From Tubiluchus corallicola (taxonomy: Eukaryota > Animalia > Priapulida): DNA of 64,000 nt. Each line of letters opens with the position of its first letter. Positions within the stretch are counted from its first letter, which is position 1. The notes below the pieces were generated by a model. It ran no database searches and had not been told where the DNA came from. It was given only the letters and a program-made list of their open reading frames with translations. Positions 1-10,295 of this stretch are shown piece by piece. The stretch is taken from positions 32,591 to 96,590 of the forward strand of contig JAQGDQ010000490.1 of the NCBI GenBank assembly GCA_030141605.1, written 5' to 3'. The position numbers were made by a program, and so were the translations under genes.

Positions 1-331
1 CAAAAGAAAATCATTTTTAATTATTCTAAATCTAAATTTATGTTGTATATTTATCCTAATGTCATCATACTTTTTTAGTTTTGGATAGTGCTGCCACCTT
101 CAGGTGCTCTTGTTAAAATTGTTGAACTTTCTCTTTCCTGTTTAAATTTTCATTGGCTTCTACAGTCTTTATAAATGCATAATTTCTAAACCTGTTTTCA
201 CACCTAAATGATTTCACTTGTAGTTCTGGTCACTTGGTTTTCTGCTTTTCAATATGACACTACTTCACTGTTTATGTAGGCATTTCAGAATAAAATCTTA
301 AATATAAATCTCAAGTTTTTTGGTTTCTTCA
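1..331 (+). repeat. 5' LTR (first ~4 bp lie outside the window)
   Basis: Matches 5775-6105 with 5 substitutions by eye; ends in ...TTCTTCA. Confidence 0.93.
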
Positions 332-342
332 AACCAAAAGTT

Positions 343-353
343 TGGTAGCAGAG
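343..353 (+). promoter_or_regulatory. Primer-binding site, tRNA-iMet
   Basis: TGGTAGCAGAG is the reverse complement of the metazoan initiator tRNA-Met 3' end (CUCUGCUACCA); lies 11 nt after the LTR. Confidence 0.8.
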
Positions 354-369
354 AGTAGTTTTTGTGACC

Positions 370-3300
370 ATGCCTACAACAGGACAAAAAGGTGCAGTTG
401 ATACTTCGTCAAAAGATGGTGAAGAAAGCAAAAACAGTGAAGCAAGTGGAGGACAGTCCAGTGAAAGGATTGGTGACCGAGTCAAAGCCTTGAAAAAGGA
501 AAAAATGGCTGCAAAACAACAGTTTACAAAGCAGATCAACCGGTTTGGAGTCATTCTATGGGAACAGGAGGATTTACAGTTAATAAAACAGCATTGGGAG
601 CAGATGGATCTGATACAAGTAAGAACTACTGACATTATTAGAGAGTTGCATGAATATTACTGCACGCTGGATGATGTTGATATGATTGAGAAAATGGAAC
701 AAGAATGGGAAAAGCTGAACGAGATTTTTGAAAAAGCATCATATGATTATCAACAGAAGTTGAAAATGATTAATGGTAATAAAAAACAACCAGCGCAGTT
801 ACACTCGTCTGCTGTCAGTCAAGAGCCGGAGGAACCATCCATTGGTAGGGATTTGTGGAAGCAATTGAAAAGAGTTAGCATTCAAATGTTTTCCGGAGAT
901 GTGAAAGAATATGAGAACTGGAAAGCTGCATTCAATGCCTGTGTAAATGATGCACCTGCAACAAAGGAATACAAATTGCTTCAGCTTAGGCAATATTTAT
1001 CGGGTGTGGCACTGCAAGCAATTTCTGATCTGGGACATTCAGCTATGGCGTACGATGCTGCGTTACAGCGATTAGAGCGAAAGTTTGGAGGGAAATCGAG
1101 ACAGATAGCACTACAGTTCCAGGAATTGCGAAGTTTCAAACCAGTGCGAGCTAACAACCCAGATGATCTTGGTAAATTTGCTGATTTGCTCGACATTGCA
1201 ATAATTAACATCAAGGAGTTTGGACTAGAAAATGAGTTAAATAGCCAAATGTTCTACAGCATGCTACTGGAGAAGTTAACAGAGCAAATGGTGAAGGATT
1301 ACAAATGTTGGATTTTAGAAAATAAGAAAGAAGATTCTGTCATGGTTCTCAAAGAGTGGATTGTGCGAGAAGCAGAATGCAGAACACAGGCTTTTGAGAT
1401 TGTCCACGGAGTTGGAAATCTAGCACAGAATGAGAAACCGAAATGGAAAAACAAAACATTTTTTGCAAAGCAGGGAGGCACTAATCAATCAAAACAGCCA
1501 CATGCAATGCTAAAGACACCTGGTCGAAGATGTGCATTCTGCACAGAAGATCACCCTATTTGGTTTTGCCAGAAGTTCAAGGATTTGGACATGGATGGGA
1601 GATGGAACGCAGTCACAAAACTCAAGCTGTGCTTCCAATGTCTGGGCGATGACCACCAAGCTAGCCGATGTTATAGAATGCGAAGTTGTGGAATAAATTC
1701 ATGCTCACAGAATCACAACAGGCTTCTTCATCAAACATATCCTAAATCGAGTAGCATGCCAAAAGCCATTGTAGAGCAAAGGAAGCCAGAGGGGGAGACA
1801 ACATCCACAGGTGCTCAAGTACAGCTGACTACCATGACGGTAAAGGGTAAAAACTCATCAATGATCGCCATGAGGACAGTTCCTGTAATCCTGAAAAATG
1901 GTACAAGACGTCTCCAGGTTAATGCACTTCTTGATGATGGCAGCACATCAACATTCGTGAATTCATCAGTAGCAGCTGAACTTGGTTTACAAGGGACAAT
2001 CGAAGAAATTTCTGTTAGCGTTTTGAATGGGAATGTGACAACATTCGAGACTATGCCAGTTCACATGGGATTGGAAAATGTAGAGAGTACCCTGGACATG
2101 ATGATATCTGCAAAGGCAGTAGACAGTGTTACTGGAAACCTGAAAGCGTACGGTTGGAATCACCATGCTGACCAATGGTTTCACCTTAGAAACATTAATT
2201 TTCCAAAACTAAGCCGCCCTTTGAAAGTCGATATGCTGATTGGTTTAGACTACCCATTGTTACACAAATCACTAGGAGAAGTGGCTGGAAGATCCAATGA
2301 AGAGCCAATTGCACGATTGACACCACTTGGCTGGACATGTGTAGGGCAGACAAAAGAGAAAATAAGAGATGCTTACACCCATTTTGCGATGTGTGTCCTA
2401 AACAGAGAAGAAACTTTAAACAGAGAAATTAACGGAACACTTCGACGTTTCTGGGAGTATGAAAATTTTGGCCTCGAAGAAAAGGGTCAGCCAATCAGCA
2501 TTGAAGATGCATTGGTCAAAAAGAAAACTTTGGAAACACTGAAATATGCTGATGGACGTTGTGAAGTACAAATTCCGTGGAAAGATGAAGGTGTAAAACT
2601 ACCAGACAACAAAGAGATGGCAATGAAGCGCTTGATCAACACAGAAAAGAAGTTAATAAAGAACCCGGAAATTGCAAAGCAGTACTGTGACACAATAGAG
2701 CAATATTTGGAGAAAGAGTATATACGAAAAGTGGCACCAGGTGAATTAACAACAGTTCCCAAATGGCATCTTCCACATTTTGCAGTGGTGCGTCATGATC
2801 GATCAACTACAAAATGCCGAATAGTCTTTGATGGCTCTGCCAAATATGACGGAGTTTCCTTGAATGATACCGTGCATCATGGACCAAAATTGCAGCAGGA
2901 CCTGAATAGCGTTCTACTTCGATTTCGGAAGGAACCAATTGCCCTGGTCTGTGACATTGCTGAAATGTATCTTCGCATAGGAATAGCTGAAGAAGACAGG
3001 CCTTTTCATCGTTTCCTCTGGAGAAATCTTGACACCACCAGGCAACCAGATGAATATGAGTTTTGTCGCGTAGTTTTTGGAGAAAATGCATCACCGTTTT
3101 TAGCTCAACTTGTTACACAGGAACATGCAAGAAAGAATCAAGAGAAATTTCCAATGGCTGCAGAGACTGTGCTGCATTCAACATACATGGATGACAGCAT
3201 GGATTCTGTTCCAAGGGTTGAAGATGGAAAGACTTTGTACCATGAACTGTCAGAACTCTGGGCGCTAGCTGGCATGTATGCAAGAAAATTGTTGTCGAAC

Positions 3301-5751
3301 TCATCAGAAGTCTTAGCAGAAATACCAGTGGAACAACGCCTGCAAGAAATAGATTTAGAACATGAGCTGCCAACAACCAAAACTTTGGGTGTCATTTGGA
3401 GAGCAAGTTCAGATGTTTTTGCATTTCACATCAACATGCCACCACTCGAATTCAAGATGACAAAGAGAAATGTTCTGAGAAAACTAGCAACAATTTTTGA
3501 CCCTGCAGGATTTATTTCTCCATTTGTAGTTCGTGGGAAGATATTACTGCAAGAAATTTGGACAGCAGGCTTTGGCTGGGATGACACAATAAATGCTTGT
3601 TTGGAGACAAAAATTCGGCAATGGTTATTGGAGTTAGGAAAGCTGGAGCTGCTTACAATTCCACGTTGTCTGCGGATGGATCAGACTAAAATAGTTGTCT
3701 GTATGGACATCCATACTTTTGTTGATGCTTCACAACAAGCTTATGCTTGCGCTGTTTATGCTCGAACATCGTACATCAATGGCACTGTAGACACCAGGCT
3801 AGTAGCATCAAAAACACGAGTTGCTCCACTGAAAGTCGTCAGTGTACCAAGATTGGAGCTAATGGCAGCTGTGCTTGGCTTACAACTTAGCTTGTCAACC
3901 ACAACAACACTGCAAATTTCCATTACCAAGGTGACGTTTTGGTCAGACAGCATGGATGTGTTATGGTGGATACATGGAAGAAGCAGAGCATTCAAGCCAT
4001 TTGTAGCCAATAGGATTGGAAATATACAAAGTCACACGGATCCCGAACAATGGAGGCATGTGCCAACCAAAGAAAATCCTGCTGATTTAGCTTCACGTGG
4101 TGCAACTATAGACGAAATTGCAGAGAACTCGATTTGGCTAAAAGGACCAGCATTTCTCAAAAAAGATCCTGCATCGTGGCCGGCAATGATCGTTAGAAAG
4201 CAACAGTCAGCCACAGATGAGATGAAGAAAACTGTGGTTACGACATTTTGTACTCAAAAAATAAACTTGGAAAGACTGCAACCCGAACGGTTTTCATCAT
4301 GGACACGACTTCTAAGAGTTTATGGATGGGTATTTCGTTTTTTAAACAATTGTGTAGCAGCGTACGAGAATCGAGAATCTGGAGAGCTTACTTGCAAAGA
4401 ACTGAGCCAAGCTGAATCAACTGTCATCGGAAATATGCAGAAGACAGCATTTGCTGAAGAATACTCAAAGTTGGAAAGTGGAAAGCAGTTACCGCCATCA
4501 AGCAAACTATTGCGGCTAAACCCCAAAATTGATGAAGATGGTCTCCTGCGATGTCATGGACGTCTGGAACACGCCGAATTTCTATCGTATGACACACGGT
4601 ACCCCATAATCTTACCACGGAAAAACTGAGTGACACATTTGATTGTGAAGCACCATCATGACAAAGGCAAACATGTTGCTGGAATTAACCAGACATTGTG
4701 TTCCTTGTCAAGCAAATTCTGGGTTATGGCTGGTCGAGAAGAGATTCGCGACTGTGAAAAGTCTTGTCTTCAGTGCCGACTACGGAAGGCTAAAGCTGCA
4801 ACACAAATTATGGCACCATTACCTCAACACCGCATTGCACCTTCAATGAGAGCCTTTACGAGAACGGCTGTAGACTTTGCTGGTCCATTCTTCACAAAGC
4901 AAGGACGTGGAAAAGCTCGCTTGAAAAGATACTTATGCCTTTTCACTTGTACTGCTACAAGAGCTGTACATTTGGAAGTAGCTTACGGATTAGACACAGA
5001 TTCATTCTTAAATGCTTTCCACAGGTTCACAAATCGTCGAGGGATGCCACAGCAAATGATCTCCGATAATGGAACTAATTTTGTTGGCTCAGATCGAGAG
5101 CTAAGAGAACTAGTAAATGAGTTTAACCAAGGAAAAATCACCAAACTAACAGGAGTGGAGTGGCTGTTTATTCCACCGATGGCACCTCACTTTGGTGGAG
5201 TCCACGAATCAATGATCAAGTCTGCAAAGAAAGCCATCACTGCAATTCTAGGCAATGATGACATAACAGACGAGGAACTAACTACTGCCTTCACTGGAGC
5301 AGAGGCGCTCATTAACTCGAGGCCACTAACATACCAATCAGCTGACGTACAGGATACCATTCCTTTAACCCCAAATCATTTTCTGTTTGGTCAAATGGGC
5401 GGGCAGTTTGCCCCAGAGTCACTGGACTCAACTGCATACCATCCTAGGAAAAGATGGAGACGAGTGCAAGAGTTAGTCCATCATTTTTGGAGGAGATGGT
5501 TAAAAGAATGGTTACCAGAACTAAGCCCAAGAAACAAATGGCGCCGTCAGCAACCCGAGGTTTCAGTTGGCGATGTGGTTTTAGTTGTAGATCCAGCAAC
5601 TACTAGAGGAAACTGGCCTCTTGGGCGAATCGTCAAAACCTATCCAGGGCAAGATGGTCATGTAAGAGTCGCAAAAATTCAAGTTGGCAATCAACAAATG
5701 ACGAGACCAATTTCCAAAATCTGCATCCTGGAATCGTGTGGTGATGGTTGA
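370..5751 (+). pseudogene. BEL/Pao gag-pol polyprotein with one in-frame TGA at 4627-4629
   Basis: ORFs 364-4629 and 4630-5751 are in the same frame. Motifs: CAFCTEDHPIWFC, CFQCLGDDHQASRC, protease ALLDDGS, RT YMDD, RNase H FVDAS...WSDS...NPAD, integrase H-H-C-C and DFAG...SDNG...E. Confidence 0.92.
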
Positions 5752-5759
5752 CACATCAC

Positions 5760-5770
5760 GAGGGGGAGGA
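5760..5770 (+). promoter_or_regulatory. Polypurine tract
   Basis: GAGGGGGAGGA directly before the TG of the 3' LTR. Confidence 0.85.
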
Positions 5771-6105
5771 TGGACAAAAGAAAATCATTTTTAATTATTC
5801 TAAATCTAAATTTATGTTGTATATTTATCCTAATGTCATCATACTTTTTTAGTTTTGGATAGTGCTGCCACCTTCAGCTGCTCTTGTTAAAATTGTTGAA
5901 CTTTCTCTTTCCTGTTTAAATTTCCATTGGCTTCTACAGTCTTTATGAATGCATAATTTCTAAACCTGTTTTCACACCTAAATGATTTCACTTGTAGTTC
6001 TGGTCACTTGGTTTTCTGCTTTTCAACATGACACTACTTCACTGTTTATGTAGGCATTTCAGAATAAAATCTTAAAAATAAATCTCAAGTTTTTTGGTTT
6101 CTTCA
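5771..6105 (+). repeat. 3' LTR, 335 bp, TG...CA
   Basis: Direct repeat of 1-331; contains AATAAA near 6063. Confidence 0.93.
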
Positions 6106-6281
6106 AAGTGGTTAGTTTCTGACGTAAGCAATAGCTGTGTTCTGTTGCCGTTAATTAACTTTCTAAACTAATTATTCAAATATGAAGAACAATTGTTAAC
6201 TTTTATAGGCAAGAAAATGTATATTTTGGACAGTAAATTAAAAAGAGATTGAGTCGAAACAATCGTCCGGTCTTGTTTTAA
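6106..6281 (+). mobile_element. Right end of a TTAA-flanked (Kolobok/T2-like) MITE interrupted by the BEL element
   Basis: Sequence matches parts of 14149-14508 and 39667-39838. Confidence 0.7.
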
Positions 6282-6404
6282 GAATATTTGTCATTTAATT
6301 AGTGACCGGCGAATTTAAATTTTGAAACACAGAAAATCTGGACTGAGCTTAAAATTGAGCCAAAATTTGTTGATGCATCATAATTTACACTGCACTGATT
6401 GTAG

Positions 6405-6529
6405 GAACTGCAAAAAATGTGGATCCACTGCTGTTATTTCCACCAATAGCAAAACTTCAATGTTGTAATACAAGAACAGACGATGTAGAAAAAGAACTGA
6501 CGTCATCAATGGATGCGACACCAAATAAG
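6405..6529 (+). CDS. Penultimate exon, SLC5 sodium/solute symporter (SLC5A8/SMCT-like)
   Basis: tgtag|...aag|gt; encodes (G)[20 protein letters not shown]...TPNK and joins the 7888 exon in phase 0. DPxLLxP after TG is typical of SLC5A5/6/8/12 tails. Confidence 0.6.
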
Positions 6530-6538
6530 GTAGAAAAG

Positions 6539-6540
<2 letters not shown>

Positions 6541-6592
<52 letters not shown>

Positions 6593-6623
6593 CCCCCTCT
6601 CTCTCTCTCTTTCTCTCTCCCCC

Positions 6624-6670
<47 letters not shown>

Positions 6671-6674
6671 CCCC

Positions 6675-6707
<33 letters not shown>

Positions 6708-6709
6708 CC

Positions 6710-6765
<56 letters not shown>

Positions 6766-7100
6766 ACCTATCTACCTGTCTGTCTATCCGTCCGTCCGTC
6801 CATCTGTCAACCCATCCATCCATCCACTCATACGCCCATGCACCCATCCATTCATGCATCCATTCATCCATCCATTCATCCATCCATTCATCCATCCATC
6901 CATCCATCCATCTATCCATCTATCCATCCATCCACCCATCCATCCACAAACACGTCCATCCACCGATCCATCCATCCATCCATCCACCCCCATCCATTCA
7001 CCCACCCATCCATCCATCCATCCATCCATCCACACATCCATCCATTCATTCATCCATGCATCCATCCATTTATGCATCTACCTCCGTCCTCCCCTCCCTC
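6541..7100. repeat. (CT)n then (CCAT)n microsatellites
   Basis: Direct reading. Confidence 0.95.
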
Positions 7101-7603
7101 TACCCATTTCGCTCAACTTTCTTTTAATTCTTAATCTCTATTTCACTATGTCACTGTCATCTATCACTTTATATTATTTACCGACAACGTGGGTAAGTAA
7201 TTTGTCATAAACGTCATTATTATTAATCACAAAGTTTCCTAATTAAACGCATTGCACTCTGATTGATGTAGCTGATTAATCATTAGGCTAATGACCTGCT
7301 CTTATTGGCCAGCTGTAAGGCAACTAACAATTACAATTTTGTGTAAAAATTATCGATTTAAAGGGGGGGGCAAATTTGTGTCTCGCCCAATGTATATCTT
7401 AACATACGCCATGTTTGACTTCGTACGTATCACACCTTGAGATTAACACTATACACGATGGGCATAGTGTATGCTTTCTACTTGCTATTTATTAATTTTT
7501 CGTACCATTCTAGTACTGCCCAAGTTGTAATAGAAGAACAGACGATGTGGAAAAAGAACTGACGTCATCAATGGATGCGACAACACCAAATAATTTAGAA
7601 AAG

Positions 7604-7649
<46 letters not shown>

Positions 7650-7887
7650 TCTCCCTCCCTCCCTCTCTCTCTCTCCCTCCCTCTCTCTCTCTCTCTCCCC
7701 CTCTCTCTCACTCTCTTTCTCTCCTCCTATCCCTTTCTCTCTCTCTCTCTTTCTCCCTCCTATCCCTCTCTCTCTGTCTCTCTCTCTCCTCCCCCCACGT
7801 ACTTCACGTGTACTTCTATTTGTTTTGTCATTCAATCATTCATTCATTCATTCATTCATTCATTCATAAATCTTTTTGTTGTTTCAG

Positions 7888-7968
7888 AATGAGTTGTCAC
7901 CTCAAGATAATCCTGCCTTTCAGGCCACTGAGAGTCCACTAGACAATATTGAACAAACTAAACTGTGA
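7888..7968 (+). CDS. Terminal exon, SLC5A8/SMCT-like
   Basis: Strong acceptor ttgttgtttcag; NELSPQDNPAFQATESPLDNIEQTKL*. DNPAF plus a T-x-L PDZ-ligand end resembles human SLC5A8 (DNPAF...TRL). Confidence 0.62.
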   Translation, partial: NELSPQDNPAFQATESPLDNIEQTKL

Positions 7969-8426
7969 TACGAGAGAACTACCTTCAATACTCGTTTGCC
8001 TATTGGTGATCTAAACTAAAAAAACTGTGTTTAATTTTCACAGTATTGTGTTTAACTGTTATTGAAGTCGTCAGATGGCGACACTAGCCTATGAGAGGTT
8101 CGTTTGAAGAAAACAGTGCCAAGAGTTCCACGCTACAGCATTTAATCACTACTAGAGTTACTACATATATATGCAATGCGTGAAAGAGTATCGCCAACTA
8201 TTGGTGTTGAACGCCATTTTGATTCTTCGCGACATCTAGCGAGCGAAAAGACAAGCAACATTACAATTTTTTCAAGATTTGGCAAGAAATCACTTGTATA
8301 TTTGTGAGGCACCTGTTTATGAACTCAAACCAGCAAACAAACTTTTTAAAACAGTCTAGCGTACGTTATATCTTCTATGGCCGCACGTTGTCAGAGGCGT
8401 GTCTTCTTAAACCTTTTCAAAGTTAA

Positions 8427-9034
8427 CCCTTATGGGTCACGATTTTTTACAACAAATTTTGGTAACGGGGGTAAAAAATTACTCCACCATAATTCGTAAA
8501 TTATTTTTGATAAACCGCCGTGTTTCATTAGTAAACAGCAACAGCATAATTTGTAGTTATGCTGAACACCATAGGATACCTCTGCTAAAAGACATGTGAC
8601 TTACTAGTAATACGAAATTTAAATTCACTTAGTTACGTTCCCTTATCTATGCTGGAATAACTTTAGACAACCGACATTGCTAGCGCGTGTGGTGCAAAAA
8701 TCATTGTTATTTTGAATTTATTGTCTACTACTTTCTTCTTTTAGGTGGAGTAATTTGAGTAACTGACATTTTGTTTTATCCGATACATAGCCCGTATAAT
8801 GTATAGACAAGCGAAGTAAAGTTTCGACAATTTTAAAAAATCGACATATTGCATTTTCGCTTTTATTTCGTGGTGAGACAATGCGCCTAACATAAATAAC
8901 TGAAAGTATTTTGTGAACAAAACATATTTAGAAAAAGTCATAGAAAAGGTTTACTGGGATGCGTATGGTAAAAGGGTAAAATGCAAAAAACCGGTGCGGG
9001 GGTAATTTTTTACCCCCCGGTGACCCTATGAGGA
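8427..9034. mobile_element. piggyBac-like MITE
   Basis: TTAA|CCCTTATGGGTCAC ... GTGACCCTATGAGGA|TTAA; internal inverted GGGGTAAAAAATTAC motifs. Confidence 0.65.
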
Positions 9035-10141
9035 TTAATTGGACAGACAAACAAATAGTGAAATCTATAGCAAGCAAGCAAACAAACAAACAAACAAACG
9101 TACAAAATTGAATGAAACATGTTGAGCATTGTAATCTCAGTCAACTTCTGCATGAGTTTCTTGTGTGCAACTCCAGGCTACTTTTATGCAAATAAACTTG
9201 ATTCCAAGTCTGATATGTTTGCATTTTACATTTCCGTCATGAAACTGAGAAATATTAATAATTTTTGGTACTCAAAGTGAGTATATGTTGTTGATATACG
9301 GTCAATGGATCCAGCTTGAACTGGAACAATTTAGGCTATTCGTATGCAAAAATATTTTTTGTTTAGGATTTTATTATGTTTATTAATGTGTTTATTTGTT
9401 TAAAATTACAATTACAAATTACAACATAAAAATCACATAAGTTTGTTTCGTTTTACACAGTATTAAAACAACGGCTAAAAAATTTCTGAAGCAGCACCTC
9501 CACTAATTTTCACTACCATCAACCTCGGATATAAGTGACACCTCCGGACCGGAAAAAACCGTCTGTTACACCCAAAATTGAGTCAGACCGAGGGTGTATC
9601 TAGACCTGTACTTTTACCCATATTTTTACGGATTATTGCTACACATTGAAGTGCAAACGGTATGTAAGAAGCTCCTTCAGTGAAGCGAGATGTATGTGAC
9701 CGCGGAAACCGAGCTGTTCAAAGGCCGAGTTTTCGAAAAATTGAGGTTAAAAATCAATCAATTTTCCTTTGATCATAGGGTCCCTTATATGCGAAGTAAT
9801 TTACCTGCGTTCCTATTACGCGGGACTTGAAGATATCGTCCCGTATAACCAAAAGTCCCTTATATCCGAGTACGTTATATACGAAGATTTTTACATCAAT
9901 AATTTTACCTACGAGCCGCCACTTTGCGAGAACGAGAATGACATTGAGAGGCCAGAATCCATGACAGTCTTATAAAATTCTATTGAGATCTTTGATTGTA
10001 ATGGGATTCTTAATACAAAAATGTTTCTTTTCGTTAAATTACAGCAAAATCTACGGTCGTTGTGTCCCGAATGGTGTTAAGATCGATTTCTATGTAGCAA
10101 AATGAAAAACAAAGAAAAATAAATAAATAAAAAACGCTGAT

Positions 10142-10295
10142 TTATGCTTCCGGTCTCATGTAGACATGTCCAAAATCACGGGTAAAACGAATGCAGTAAA
10201 TACTAAGCCAATCTACGTCAAATACTGAGGTATTAGGTGGTAAAAAGATGGTAACCACGTTGTTTCCGGTGTAACGCGGTAATCTCCGATAGCCG
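10142..10295 (-). CDS. DM13 gene exon 7 (terminal)
   Basis: [50 protein letters not shown]; ctttcag acceptor. Confidence 0.88.

Larger units (their letters stand above)
1..6105 (+). mobile_element. BEL/Pao LTR retrotransposon, near full length
   Basis: Paired LTRs (1-331, 5771-6105), PBS, PPT, and a single gag-pol frame with order gag Zn-knuckles, PR, RT, RH, IN. The CX2CX3-4HX4C pair plus C-x4-C-x3-H-x4-H knuckle and the IN C-terminal WPLGRI motif are typical of BEL/Pao. Confidence 0.95.

Noticed and set aside
4630-5751. Separate integrase or env gene
   Set aside because: Same frame as gag-pol with a GTG immediately after the stop; PPT and LTR follow directly, leaving no room for env.
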